The position numbers and the translations under genes were made by a program. A DNA stretch of 64,000 nt, taken from positions 8,369-72,368 of the forward strand of contig WRGA01000123.1 of assembly GCA_009787405.1 (NCBI GenBank), written 5' to 3'. The notes below the pieces were generated by a model. It saw only the letters and a list, made by a program, of their open reading frames with translations. It did no database searches and was not told the DNA's origin. Shown piece after piece: positions 15,931 to 25,623 of the stretch; position 1 is the first letter of the stretch, and each line of letters starts with the position of its first letter. The DNA comes from Candidatus Azobacteroides sp. Its GTDB lineage: Bacteria > Bacteroidota > Bacteroidia > Bacteroidales > WRGA01.

Positions 15931-15972
15931 TATAAAACTAAAAAGACGAAACCTTCTAAAGTTTCGTCTTTT
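15931..15972 (-). terminator. Rho-independent-type terminator of the RRM gene
   Basis: aaagacgaaac (15942-15952) pairs with gtttcgtcttt (15961-15971). On the minus strand the stem is followed by TTAGTTTTATA. It lies about 70 nt downstream of the stop at 16040. Confidence 0.6.
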
Positions 15973-16039
15973 ATTCCGGTCGCCGAAAATCAAATCCGGC
16001 GTTTTAATATCCTGATTTCGCTTTCAGATTAAACAACAT

Positions 16040-16372
16040 TTACCAACGTTTACCGCCGCCGCTGCCGCCGCGTCCCGAATTATAACCGCCGCGATTGCCG
16101 CCGCCGCCGAAATTGTTACGGGGTCTTTCTTCTTTCGGACGGGCTTCGTTTACGGTAATTACTTTTCCGTCATATTCAGCTTGGTTTAACTCTTCAATCG
16201 CTTTTAAAGAAGCTGCCTGATCGGGCATCTCTACAAACCCGAAACCTCTTGAGCGTCCTGTCTCACGATCGGTTATCACTTTGGCGGAAGATACTTCGCC
16301 ATACTCTTCAAATACCTGCCTTAAATCTTCATCGCTTACTTTGAAGCTTAAATTAGAAACGTAAATGTTCAT
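16040..16372 (-). CDS. RRM-type RNA-binding protein with a Gly/Arg-rich tail
   Basis: 110 aa. It has RNP2 (IYVSNL), RNP1 (RGFGFVEM) and a C-terminal NFGGGGNRGGYNSGRGGSGGGKRW. Confidence 0.9.
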   Translation of the reverse strand: MNIYVSNLSFKVSDEDLRQVFEEYGEVSSAKVITDRETGRSRGFGFVEMPDQAASLKAIEELNQAEYDGKVITVNEARPKEERPRNNFGGGGNRGGYNSGRGGSGGGKRW

Positions 16373-16485
16373 TTTTTAATGAATTAAAATTTGTCTTGTG
16401 TTTCTCTTGAAAAATAAATGAACTAAAAAATAACATTATTTCTAATTGTCAAAGTTTGTCCGATTATAATTCTCAATAGAGTGGG

Positions 16486-16493
16486 CAAATGTA
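16486..16493 (-). promoter_or_regulatory. Candidate -7 promoter box (TAnnTTTG) for the RRM gene
   Basis: The minus strand reads TACATTTG, implying a leader of about 105 nt before the ATG at 16372. Confidence 0.3.
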
Positions 16494-16639
16494 CAAAAAA
16501 TATCCGGATATTCTAAAATCATTCAAAATTTTTCAAAAAAATTTATCTGAACCTGTTATCCGACCGGATATTCCCGAATACGATTGATTTTGCCGGTAAT
16601 GTCTTTTCCTGTATTTTCGTGCCTCCAAAAATTAGTGTT

Positions 16640-17656
16640 ATGCAGTTAGTCTGTTATCCATATACCTTACAACTGAAAAACGTTTTTACGTTGGCAAATT
16701 CGTCCCGAACGGTTACGCCGGTGATTTTAACGGAGATTCATCACGGTGATTTCACCGGATACGGAGAGGCTTCTCTCCCGCCCTATTTGGGCGAAACTCA
16801 GGAATCGGTCATGAAATTTCTGCAACGGATTGATTTAAGCGGCTTTTCATCGACGACTCTCATCGGGGAAATTATGCGGTATGTCGACGGCATTGACGTC
16901 GGAAATACCGCCGCAAAAGCTTCGGTCGATATCGCCATTCATGATTTGGCCGGAAAAATAAAAGGCAAACCTTGTTATGAATTATGGGGACTGAATCCCG
17001 AAGAAGCACCCGCAACATCGTTCACCATCGGAATCGATTCGCCGGAAGCGGTACGAAAGAAAGCGGAAGAGGCTTCCGCTTATTCGATGATCAAGGTCAA
17101 ACTCGGCAAGGAAACGGATAAAATGATGATCGAAACCATCCGTTCGGTCACGGATAAACCGATTTGCGTCGATGTCAATCAAGGATGGACGGATAAATAT
17201 TTTGCACTCGACATGTTGCATTGGTGTAAAAGTCAAAACGTTGTGTTTGTAGAACAACCGATGCCCGCGGAACAATGTCATGATATGGCCTGGTTGACGG
17301 CGCACAGTCCGATTCCGACCATCGCCGACGAATCGTTTCAACGCATCGGGGATTTGGCCGCCGTCAAAGACGTTTTTTCGGGAATCAACATCAAATTGAT
17401 GAAATGTACGGGTTTAAACGAGGCCGTTAAAATCATCGACCGGGCAAAAAAAATGAATCTGAAAATCATGCTCGGTTGTATGACGGAAACTTCCTGCGCC
17501 ATATCAGCTGCTTCGCAAATCGCATCTTCAGCCGATTACATCGATCTGGACGGAAATCTGTTGATCACCAACGACTGTTTCAAAGGGGCAAAAGTGCAAT
17601 CGGGAAAAGTCATTCCGGCTGCTCTTCCGGGAATCGGCGTCATCAAATGCTGTTAA
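16640..17656 (+). CDS. Dipeptide epimerase (L-Ala-D/L-Glu epimerase type), enolase superfamily
   Basis: The start is trimmed to MQLV. Catalytic and metal motifs appear in order: IKVKLG, VDVNQGW, VEQP, ADES, NIKLMKC. Confidence 0.8.
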   Translation: MQLVCYPYTLQLKNVFTLANSSRTVTPVILTEIHHGDFTGYGEASLPPYLGETQESVMKFLQRIDLSGFSSTTLIGEIMRYVDGIDVGNTAAKASVDIAIHDLAGKIKGKPCYELWGLNPEEAPATSFTIGIDSPEAVRKKAEEASAYSMIKVKLGKETDKMMIETIRSVTDKPICVDVNQGWTDKYFALDMLHWCKSQNVVFVEQPMPAEQCHDMAWLTAHSPIPTIADESFQRIGDLAAVKDVFSGINIKLMKCTGLNEAVKIIDRAKKMNLKIMLGCMTETSCAISAASQIASSADYIDLDGNLLITNDCFKGAKVQSGKVIPAALPGIGVIKCC

Positions 17657-17770
17657 AAATGTTTGATTTATTTTATTTATCCGAAGGGTTTTACTACCTT
17701 TACGCCCCTGTTTTGTAAGAGCAAAAACCGGATCACGGTATCATCCGGATCTAAAAACAATTGTTTCTGC

Positions 17771-18577
17771 ATGAAAATCAAAGTCTTATTGTATTTTATT
17801 CCTCTGTTATTATTGAACGTATCTTGCGGTGAATATAACAAGGTACTGAAAATAACAGACCCTGTTCAGAAATACAGCTACGCCAAAAAGTATTTTTCCG
17901 AAAAAAAGTATGATCGTTCCGCCACATTATTGACCGAATTGGTTCCTCTTTTCAAAGGAACGGACAAAGCGGAAGAATCGTTGTACTTGTTGGCGCAAAG
18001 TTATTACGGACAACGGGATTATACTACGGCAAGCCAATATTTCACCTCCTATTATAATACTTATCCCAAGGGGGAATATGCCGAATTATCCCGCTTTTAC
18101 AACGGATACGGCTTTTATTTGGAATCGCCTGCGTCGGAGTTGGATCAATCAACGACTTACAGGGCGCTCAGCGAGCTGCAATCTTTTTTGGAATATTATC
18201 CGGGCAGCGAACGGAAGCAGGAAGCGCTGGATGTGATTTTTTCTTTGCAGGAAAAATTGGCCAAGAAGGCTTTGATCAATTCACAATTGTATTATAATCT
18301 GGGTAATTACGGAGGAAACAATTACTTGAGTTGTGTGATCACTGCCGAAAATGCGCTGAAAGATTATCCGTACACCAAATATAAAGAAGATTTCCGCATT
18401 CTTATTTTACGTTCCAAATACGAACAGGCTTTTCATAGTGTTGCCGCAAAAGAACAAGAACGTTTCCGGGAAGTCGTCGACGAGTATTATGTATATATCG
18501 GAGATTTCCCGGTCGGAAAATACAGGAAAGAGGCCGAACAAATTTTATCGAGAACATTAAGCAAAATAAAAAGTTAA
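17771..18577 (+). CDS. bamD: Outer membrane protein assembly factor BamD (TPR lipoprotein)
   Basis: The start is trimmed to MKIKVLLYFIPLLLLNVSCGEY, which carries a lipobox. It has TPR-like repeats and sits next to the omega-like gene, as is usual in Bacteroidota. Confidence 0.8.
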   Translation: MKIKVLLYFIPLLLLNVSCGEYNKVLKITDPVQKYSYAKKYFSEKKYDRSATLLTELVPLFKGTDKAEESLYLLAQSYYGQRDYTTASQYFTSYYNTYPKGEYAELSRFYNGYGFYLESPASELDQSTTYRALSELQSFLEYYPGSERKQEALDVIFSLQEKLAKKALINSQLYYNLGNYGGNNYLSCVITAENALKDYPYTKYKEDFRILILRSKYEQAFHSVAAKEQERFREVVDEYYVYIGDFPVGKYRKEAEQILSRTLSKIKS

Positions 18578-18591
18578 AATAGATTTACAGT

Positions 18592-18924
18592 ATGGATTAC
18601 AGAAAAACCAATGCTCCGGCAAGTACCATAACGAGAGATATGTTGGATATATCGAAAGATACGGGAAACGTTTACGAAACGGTGCGCATCATCAGTAAAC
18701 GGGCAAATCAAATCAGTGAGGCCATTAAAAACGATTTAGGCAAAAAACTGCAAGATTTTGCTTCTTATTCCGACAATTTGGAAGAAATATTCGAAAACAG
18801 AGAGCAAATAGAGATTTCCCGTTATTACGAGAAATTACCCAAACCGACTCTTATTGCCGCTCAAGAATATCTCGACGGAAAAATTTACTACAAAAATCCG
18901 GCAAAAGAAAAAGATAAATTATAA
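18592..18924 (+). CDS. rpoZ: RNA polymerase omega (Rpb6-like) subunit
   Basis: 110 aa. NVYETVRIISKRANQI matches the omega n-Y-E-x-V-x4-K-R-A-x-Q motif. Confidence 0.65.
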   Translation: MDYRKTNAPASTITRDMLDISKDTGNVYETVRIISKRANQISEAIKNDLGKKLQDFASYSDNLEEIFENREQIEISRYYEKLPKPTLIAAQEYLDGKIYYKNPAKEKDKL

Positions 18925-18928
18925 TATT

Positions 18929-18999
18929 GAGCGTCAAGAGACAAAAGCCAAGGCTTACGAGGATTTATGATCGAAGTCTTGGCGCACGGCTCTTGCTTC
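18929..18999. repeat. Imperfect long hairpin with 7-nt periodic arms (diverged heptamer family) after rpoZ
   Basis: gccaaggctt (18947-18956) pairs with aagtcttggc (18974-18983), and caagag (18935-18940) pairs with ctcttg (18990-18995). Confidence 0.5.
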
Positions 19000-19021
19000 C
19001 CGATTCTTAAAAACAAAAGAT

Positions 19022-19477
19022 ATGCTTCAACGGATTCAAACCTTATATTTGTTCGGCATTGTTATATGCATGATTGTTTTGTTTTTTATCCCGGTGTTAA
19101 ATATTGACGTCACGTCTCAAATCACCGGGAATTATTATTTATTCGATAATGTCGACAGTCTGAATTTTATTCCCGATTATTTACAACACACTTTACTGAT
19201 ATTGGTTGCAGATATTTTGGTTCTTTCGTTAATCATTATTTTTTGTTACAAAAAACGCTCTCTTCAAATTAAACTGTGTTTTTTAAATGCCGTTTTTATC
19301 TTGTTGTTTTATGCCTGCATCGTTTATTTCAGAGTGATCATTAATCAAAATCAATCAGTCATCCACTTGCATGCGGGTGCGGTTCTGCCTGTCATTGCTT
19401 TCATTTTTAATTATTTGGCCGTGTATTTTATCAAAAAAGATGAAGCATTGATAAAATCCATGGACAGAATACGATAA
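19022..19477 (+). CDS. DUF4293-like membrane protein
   Basis: 151 aa with an MLQRIQTLYLF N-terminus and four TM helices, in the usual position after bamD-rpoZ. Confidence 0.55.
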   Translation: MLQRIQTLYLFGIVICMIVLFFIPVLNIDVTSQITGNYYLFDNVDSLNFIPDYLQHTLLILVADILVLSLIIIFCYKKRSLQIKLCFLNAVFILLFYACIVYFRVIINQNQSVIHLHAGAVLPVIAFIFNYLAVYFIKKDEALIKSMDRIR

Positions 19478-19493
19478 ACCGGGCTTGAATTCG

Positions 19494-19581
19494 GTAGTGT
19501 CATGAATTGACTTGATTTGAGAGATAAACACTACGATAACCGGCGTCTTATAATAAACTGTCAGTTAATTTATGACACTAC
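19494..19581. mobile_element. MITE-90 copy 1 (ad hoc name): ~88-bp palindromic element between convergent genes
   Basis: The ends are GTAGTGTCATGAATTGAC and GTCAGTTAATTTATGACACTAC. A related copy lies at 39392-39479. Confidence 0.7.
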
Positions 19582-19589
19582 GGGTTGTT

Positions 19590-20282
19590 TTATTTTTTCA
19601 ACGGCAATAAATAGGACAGCGTGATGTAAATGTCTTGATTGGAAGATTTGGCATAATAATCTTTTTTGTGATTGTTGAAAACATCTCCCAATCCGTAATA
19701 GTAACGGCTTTCCAACAAAAAACTTCCGATACCGGTGCGAAACTCAACCCCCATTCCTCCGGCAATGCCGTAATCGAATGTTTTGTCGATCGGAACACCG
19801 TAATATCCGGCTCCGTTGGTGCCCGGAGCATCATCCAAAGAAAAATTATAATTTTCCTTGTCTCCGATCAAAAATCGGGCTACCGGCCCCATATCAATAA
19901 AGAACCGGTATTTGTTTCCCCAATAAATATGTGTCATAAACGGAAATTCAAAATACCGGATCGAACGGGAATATGCTAATGTGCCGGTGTCGGCAAGGTT
20001 ATAATCGGCAAAATTTTCTTTCCACCCGACAACACAATAACTCGGCTCCAACAAAAAACCCAAATGATTTTCGGTGACATACAGGAGTTTTACCCCGAAT
20101 ATTCCTCCGGTCCTGTAGCTTTCTTTCATTTTAGGGCTGAATGATACTTTTGATAAAGTGGTTCCGACAAAAGGGCCTATCGATAATTCGGGAATGAATC
20201 TTTGCTCTTGTGCAAAGCTATTTGCACAAACAACCAAACTCAACCATATAACAAAAACAGTGTTTTTAAAAATAGCGTTCAT
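19590..20282 (-). CDS. Outer-membrane beta-barrel protein (porin/PorT-like family)
   Basis: 230 aa with a signal peptide, alternating beta-strand patterns and aromatic-rich strands (ESRYYYGLGDVF..). Confidence 0.6.
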   Translation of the reverse strand: MNAIFKNTVFVIWLSLVVCANSFAQEQRFIPELSIGPFVGTTLSKVSFSPKMKESYRTGGIFGVKLLYVTENHLGFLLEPSYCVVGWKENFADYNLADTGTLAYSRSIRYFEFPFMTHIYWGNKYRFFIDMGPVARFLIGDKENYNFSLDDAPGTNGAGYYGVPIDKTFDYGIAGGMGVEFRTGIGSFLLESRYYYGLGDVFNNHKKDYYAKSSNQDIYITLSYLLPLKK

Positions 20283-20287
20283 CCTTT

Positions 20288-20352
20288 GAGAGTTGAAAAT
20301 TGAAAGTTGAAAATTAAAAGTGAAAATGACTCATATATTTTATTTTCACTTT
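20288..20352. repeat. Heptamer-type array (AGTTGAAA / ATTGAAA) with a terminal hairpin
   Basis: gagagttgaaaattgaaagttgaaaattaaaagtgaaaat..attttcacttt. The 11-bp stem aaagtgaaaat / attttcacttt overlaps the stop codon of the next gene. Confidence 0.7.
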
Positions 20353-20996
20353 CCGGTTTCAGCTTGATCCGATTTATATACCAATTTCATTTCTTTTATC
20401 AAATAGGTATCATCAATCGAATAAAATTGTTTTCCTTTTACCCGGACTCCGGGTCTGACCAATGTTTTGCCCGAGGCTTTATTCATACAAACGGCAATCA
20501 ATTCGGTACAATATAATGATTCATCACTGCCTGCATCAAAGCTCAGATCGAAAGGTGTCTTTTTCCGTACATACCCCAAGGCTTTTTCAACGATTTTATC
20601 CCGCACGGATTGAGGAACATCCGGCCGATAAACAGCCCAGGGAAATGCATCTTCCATAAAGACGGGCAACGGATCTTCTTTCACCCCGCCGATTCCCGTA
20701 AATTCATCAGCTTCGGAATGTATCACAAATATCGAGTCATGTCTTATCTCTATGATCCCGGCATGGGAATATATTTTTTCCTTTTCCGAAAAATCCCTGA
20801 AATATCTCGAAAAATATCCGTTCCCATACCGGTAAATAATATCTCCGTTCAAAACAAAATCAAATGTCAAAGATTCGGTTTTTGTTTCAGCATCTTGTTT
20901 TACTCCGATACCGCCGCAAGCATTGCACAAGATCAAAAAACAAAAAAGAAACGGCGTTTTACTTATTCGACTCCATGTTGACTTTCCAATCGCCAT
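20346..20996 (-). CDS. YiiX/YaeF-like permuted papain-fold (NlpC/P60-related) lipoprotein
   Basis: 216 aa with a lipobox (FLILCNACGG). The SLYCTELI motif contains the catalytic-type Cys, and a His lies upstream (VIHSEAD). Confidence 0.5.
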   Translation of the reverse strand: MAIGKSTWSRISKTPFLFCFLILCNACGGIGVKQDAETKTESLTFDFVLNGDIIYRYGNGYFSRYFRDFSEKEKIYSHAGIIEIRHDSIFVIHSEADEFTGIGGVKEDPLPVFMEDAFPWAVYRPDVPQSVRDKIVEKALGYVRKKTPFDLSFDAGSDESLYCTELIAVCMNKASGKTLVRPGVRVKGKQFYSIDDTYLIKEMKLVYKSDQAETGK

Positions 20997-21297
20997 CGAT
21001 TTTTACAAGTTGTACCGATTGTTCTTCACCTCTTTTATTTATAAAATATACCCAAGCTCTGTTGTCGACGATTGAATCTCTCTGCGGTTTGAATTTAAAA
21101 TCCGGATCTACGGGAACGGAACTCATGGTACTCATGAAATCAAGCATTTTCCCGGTGGATTCGGTGGCATATTTCTTGGCTTCATCGACTTTTCCTTTTG
21201 ACAAGTTAGTCAGAAATTTCTCGGCAACTTTGTCCGGCCCCGATGAACAAGAAAACATTAAAATCGAAACAGAAAACAGTAACAATAATTTTTTCAT
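20959..21297 (-). CDS. Small lipoprotein, DUF4878-like
   Basis: 112 aa. MKKLLLLFSVSILMFSCSS provides the lipobox, followed by PDKVAEKFLTNLSKGKVDEAKKY. Confidence 0.45.
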   Translation of the reverse strand: MKKLLLLFSVSILMFSCSSGPDKVAEKFLTNLSKGKVDEAKKYATESTGKMLDFMSTMSSVPVDPDFKFKPQRDSIVDNRAWVYFINKRGEEQSVQLVKIDGDWKVNMESNK

Positions 21298-21330
21298 GAC
21301 GACAATGATTAATTGATTTATAATAAAACT

Positions 21331-21589
21331 AAATGATTATCGGATGTTATGCCCGACTCTCCCTGCAGGGAGATGCAAAAAATGTGTCAATATTTCAAAA
21401 TATTCGTCTTTTTTTGTCCCGCCGGGGACAAAATGTTTTCTTTTTCACATTACGTCCCCGGCGGGACTTTGGACACCGGAGAAATTCTCCTTTCTACCAA
21501 TATGTTGTCCCCGGCGGGACAAAAAAACGAATAGTACATTTTTACATCCCACTTGGGGGATAGATAGGTGCAACATCCGATAATCATTT
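21331..21589 (+). mobile_element. TIR-MITE copy 2 (259 bp)
   Basis: It has the same 18-bp terminal repeats as copy 1 (AAATGATTATCGGATGTT .. AACATCCGATAATCATTT) and the same orientation of the internal CAAAAAATGTGTCAAT..TTCAAAATATTCG segment. Confidence 0.85.
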
Positions 21590-21722
21590 AAAACTAATAA
21601 GTGTATGTCAAAAATCAGGTTATATCCATTCCGGGAACAAAAGAAATTATCGGAAGTTATCAGCCGGTGCCGACTTCCGATAATATTCCGTTTAACTTTC
21701 CGGATATATTCTTTACATGCAA

Positions 21723-23705
21723 TTAACGGTAAACCGTAGCGTCAATATTCGAATTGGGATTATATCGGATAAAATAAATGCTTTTATTGATGAATCCGCT
21801 CCAATAATTCACCCGTTCGAAATGATAATCCATTTGCAAACCCGATTGATAAAACGAACTTATATCAGACTGAAAATCAGTTCCGTATTTTTGCAATGCT
21901 TTCAAAAAATATTTTCCGGTATCATATCCCAACAATCCGAATTTGGGAAATGACAATTTAATATCTTTACTGTACGCTTTCGTAAATTCAGTTCGAAACC
22001 GGGTTATCGAAAATGAAGACATGTCGGCATAAAACATAGAATAGATGTACGTATCCAGCGGATGCAGGAATTTGTTCCGAATGTTTTTGGAATAGGTCTG
22101 CCATTCGGGATAACCGAACAGTTTAATGGTCAGATCGTGTTTATTTTCTTTCAGCTTAATGACTTGGGGTAAATATTTATCCAAAGACGCCGATGTACTG
22201 AAAACCGGCACGATCATATTGTCTTTGCTTGAAGATAATGCCGCTTCCAAAGTACCCGTCGCCGACGATTCGGACAAGGTTACGTCACGATAAGCAATGC
22301 CTTCCTGCTTCAAAGCGGAAGTCAGAGACGAAATAAAGTCTGTTTTGTCATCGGCGCTTCCACCCGAACGAAGTATAATGACATTGTATTTTTTAAATTC
22401 TGTGATAAAGGCTTCGCACACTTTCGGGTACAAATAATTTTGAGGGGTATTGATCTGAAAAATATTCGAATTGGTTTGATAACTGTCGTTTTTGGAGGTA
22501 AAAGGAATAACCAGCGGAATATTATTGGCGGAGGAAAATGATGATAAGGCGGGAATCAGATTGTCATAAACAGGACCGATGATCAAATTCATTTTTTTCA
22601 TCTCGTTCCGTTCGAGAATTTTTTTGACATCGGCTTCATTCGTATTGGTGTCATATACATAAACATTCGCCGAAAACCCGTCTGATTTCGCTTCGTTCAA
22701 CGCCATCAGGAATCCTTCGTAATACTCGACAAATTTATCGCGCTCCGATTTTTTACTGTTATCATTCAACATAAAAGGCAATAACAGAGCGATTTGAGGC
22801 GTCGTATTGACGGAAGCGGCCGATTTTACCGGCGTCGGGGGTTGTTGTTGCGCCGGAATATCCGGAATTTTGGACTTCAGGGACGGAATTTGAATTTTCT
22901 GTCCTTTCGATAGTTTTTTTGGAAGATCCGGATTCACTTTTTTCAATTCCGATACCGATACGTTAAATTTGGTCGCAATCTCTTCGATTTTTTCGTTTTT
23001 CTCGGCGATATACAGAAATGTTCCGGATTCGTTTTTTTCTTTTTCGGCTTTTGCTTTTTGAAAAGCGCTTACTTTTTTTGCATCCAGACGAATGACTTTT
23101 CCGGTATTAAACGTTGCCGGTGATAATCCGGGATTTGTTTCCAATACTCCATCCACCGTCAACCCGTATTTTTTGCTCACGGAATACAGCGTCTCTCCTT
23201 CCTGAATGGTATGATAAATATAATCGTCGGATACGTTGCCATTTCCTTGTTGAGGTATTTTAAGGATGCTTCCGACCTTGATCACGTTGTTTTTTTCGAT
23301 TTCGGGATTCAGCCGGCAGATTTCATCCACTGTCGTTCCGTAGGACGCGGCTATGGAGTAAAGTGTTTCTCCGGGCGAAACCGTATGATTGAATGCGTTT
23401 GATTGCCGGACTGCCGTTGATGTCGGAGTTGAAGTCGATCCGTCATTTTTTATCGGAATCCGTATTTCCTGTCCGTTTTTCAGTCCGTCTTTAATTTCGG
23501 GATTGGCCGCCATAATGTCGTCTCGGGAAATATTAAAACGCTTCGAAACAGAATAAAGTCCTTCGGCAGGCTGTACGGTATAGATATAATAGTTGATCCC
23601 GTTTATCTGAACGACCCGATAGTTGTTTGTTGTTTGGGACAAAACATTTAAGGACAAGGCAAATCCGAGAATTATGGCTGACAGAAATGGCAAATTACGA
23701 ATCAT
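21723..23705 (-). CDS. LysM-repeat protein with a C-terminal periplasmic-binding-protein-like domain
   Basis: 660 aa with four LysM units (YTVQPAEGLYSVSKRFNIS.., HTVSPGETLYSIAASYGTT.., HTIQEGETLYSVSKKYGLT.., YIAEKNEKIEEIATKFNVS..). A PBP type-1-like region follows. Confidence 0.75.
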   Translation of the reverse strand: MIRNLPFLSAIILGFALSLNVLSQTTNNYRVVQINGINYYIYTVQPAEGLYSVSKRFNISRDDIMAANPEIKDGLKNGQEIRIPIKNDGSTSTPTSTAVRQSNAFNHTVSPGETLYSIAASYGTTVDEICRLNPEIEKNNVIKVGSILKIPQQGNGNVSDDYIYHTIQEGETLYSVSKKYGLTVDGVLETNPGLSPATFNTGKVIRLDAKKVSAFQKAKAEKEKNESGTFLYIAEKNEKIEEIATKFNVSVSELKKVNPDLPKKLSKGQKIQIPSLKSKIPDIPAQQQPPTPVKSAASVNTTPQIALLLPFMLNDNSKKSERDKFVEYYEGFLMALNEAKSDGFSANVYVYDTNTNEADVKKILERNEMKKMNLIIGPVYDNLIPALSSFSSANNIPLVIPFTSKNDSYQTNSNIFQINTPQNYLYPKVCEAFITEFKKYNVIILRSGGSADDKTDFISSLTSALKQEGIAYRDVTLSESSATGTLEAALSSSKDNMIVPVFSTSASLDKYLPQVIKLKENKHDLTIKLFGYPEWQTYSKNIRNKFLHPLDTYIYSMFYADMSSFSITRFRTEFTKAYSKDIKLSFPKFGLLGYDTGKYFLKALQKYGTDFQSDISSFYQSGLQMDYHFERVNYWSGFINKSIYFIRYNPNSNIDATVYR

Positions 23706-23879
23706 ATTATATCCTGTTTCAAGTGTTTAACAAGTCAACAAAAGTAAGAAAAAACTTTATTGTCTCAAAAGATAATTTTCCGGTAATCGGGATATCTTCA
23801 TATTTTTATACTTTTGCTTTGAATACGATTGTCAAAAAATTCCCAATCTGTCATCCGATGAAAATAAACAATTGATAAT

Positions 23880-24353
23880 ATGAAAGTTACCTTATTGGTT
23901 GTCGGGAAAACAACCGAACGTTATTTTATTGACGCCGTCGATGAATACACCACAAGGCTCAAACATTATCTTCCGTTTGACCTGACAGTGATTCCGGATG
24001 TAAAAAACGCCAAAAATTTGAATTCCGATCAATTAAAAGAAAAGGAAGGAACCGAAATTTTAAACTATTTGGAACCGGGCGATTATATTATTTTACTGGA
24101 TGAGCACGGAAAGGAATTCACCTCCCTGAAATTTGCCGCTCACATGGAAAAAAGAATGGCCGGAAGCGGGAAAAGAATTGTTTTCGTGATCGGCGGCGCT
24201 TATGGATTTTCTCAAAAAGTATACGAAAAAGCTCACGATAAAATATCGTTGTCCAAAATGACTTTTTCGCATCAAATGATCCGCCTGATTTTCACGGAAC
24301 AGCTTTACAGAGCCATGACCATCCTTAAAGGACAAGCTTATCATCATGAGTAG
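23880..24353 (+). CDS. rlmH: 23S rRNA (pseudouridine1915-N3)-methyltransferase RlmH
   Basis: 157-aa SPOUT fold, with MKVTLLVVGKT, VFVIGGAYG and a C-terminal GQAYHHE. Confidence 0.9.
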   Translation: MKVTLLVVGKTTERYFIDAVDEYTTRLKHYLPFDLTVIPDVKNAKNLNSDQLKEKEGTEILNYLEPGDYIILLDEHGKEFTSLKFAAHMEKRMAGSGKRIVFVIGGAYGFSQKVYEKAHDKISLSKMTFSHQMIRLIFTEQLYRAMTILKGQAYHHE

Positions 24354-24377
24354 ATTTTTAATGAAAGAAACACAAAT

Positions 24378-24509
24378 TAAGTATGCGTAAAAAACGGTTT
24401 ATATTTTAAACGTTAAGGCGCAAAGACGTGAAGTTTAAATTCTTTGTGACTTTATGTCTTTGCATCTTCGCATTTAAAATAGTAGATATTAAATTTTGCC
24501 GCGTACTTA
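24378..24509 (+). repeat. Rep-135 copy C
   Basis: TAAGTATGCGTAAAAAACGGTTTATATTTTAAACG..GAAGTTTAAATTCTTTG..CATTTAAAATAGTAGATATTAAATTTTGCCGCGTACTTA. Confidence 0.85.
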
Positions 24510-24516
24510 TTAATAT

Positions 24517-24864
24517 AAATGATTATCGGATGTTATACACGGTTATTCCTACAGGCGGGATATAAAAAATGTATCAATGTTTCAAAAAAATATTCGTTCT
24601 TTTTTGTCCCGTCGGGGACATTATATCGGTAAAAAAACACCACCCCTCCACTTTTTGTCCCGTCAGGGACAAAATGTTTTCCTTCCCGCATCACGTCCCT
24701 GACGGGACTTTGGTCTCCGGAGGAATTCTCCTTTCTACCAATATGTTGTCCCTGACGGGACGGAAAACAACATTTTTCGTCCCGGATTTTTCAAAAATAA
24801 CGAATATTACACTTTTTACACCCCACCTGCGGGGATAGGTAGGTACAACATTCGATAATCATTT
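24517..24864 (+). mobile_element. TIR-MITE copy 3 (348 bp; carries extra internal hairpin modules)
   Basis: The left end is AAATGATTATCGGATGTT and the right end AACATTCGATAATCATTT (1 mismatch). Internally it combines the modules found separately in copies 1 and 2. It begins 7 bp after Rep-135 copy C. Confidence 0.8.
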
Positions 24865-24951
24865 TAATATTTAATTTCATAATACTACATACAAAGAATC
24901 ATTATGGGATTTTTCTTACATTCATTTCACCCGTTTTGGTTCTTGACTCTG

Positions 24952-25623
24952 TCAATATTCTCTCTGCCCGAAAATTCTGCTGCCGACCCGAACCAGTGTA
25001 CTGCCTTCTTCAACGGCAAGGACATAATCGTCGGACATGCCGGCGGAAAGTTCTTTAAAGAACGGATCGTTCGGGAAAAATTCTTTTTTGACGTCGTTAA
25101 AAAAGGAATGCAGCCGACTGAATTCTTTCCGAATTTGCCCCTTATCATCGGTATTGCTCGCCATTCCCATCAATCCGGCAATCGTTACGTTTTTCAATGA
25201 CCGGTATTCGGCGGATTGCAATAAATTCCGGCATTCTTCAAAATCCAAGCCGAATTTGCTTTCTTCTTCGGCAATATGAATTTGAAGCAGGCAAGGTATA
25301 TTCCGGTTATTTTTGAGAGCTTGCCGATCTACTTCCTGCAACAAGCGCAAGCTGTCGATGCTGTGAATCAAGGAAACGAACGGAGCGATATATTTTACTT
25401 TATTGGTTTGCAAATGGCCGATGAAGTGCCACTCGATGTCTTCGGGAAGCAACGGATATTTGGCCTGCAATTCCTGTGCTTTACTTTCTCCGAAAATACG
25501 ATGTCCTGCATCGTAAGCTTCCTTTATCGCTTCGACAGGATGAAATTTCGATACAGCCACTAACCGGACATTCTCGGGAAGACTGTTCTTAATCAACGAT
25601 AATCTGTCGGCTGTTTCACTCAC
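24952..25623 (-). CDS. yggS: YggS-family pyridoxal-phosphate homeostasis protein
   Basis: 223 aa with VAVSKF (the PLP Lys), HFIGHLQTNKVK, LSAGMSDDY and TLVRVGSRIFG. Confidence 0.9.
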   Translation of the reverse strand: MSETADRLSLIKNSLPENVRLVAVSKFHPVEAIKEAYDAGHRIFGESKAQELQAKYPLLPEDIEWHFIGHLQTNKVKYIAPFVSLIHSIDSLRLLQEVDRQALKNNRNIPCLLQIHIAEEESKFGLDFEECRNLLQSAEYRSLKNVTIAGLMGMASNTDDKGQIRKEFSRLHSFFNDVKKEFFPNDPFFKELSAGMSDDYVLAVEEGSTLVRVGSRIFGQREY

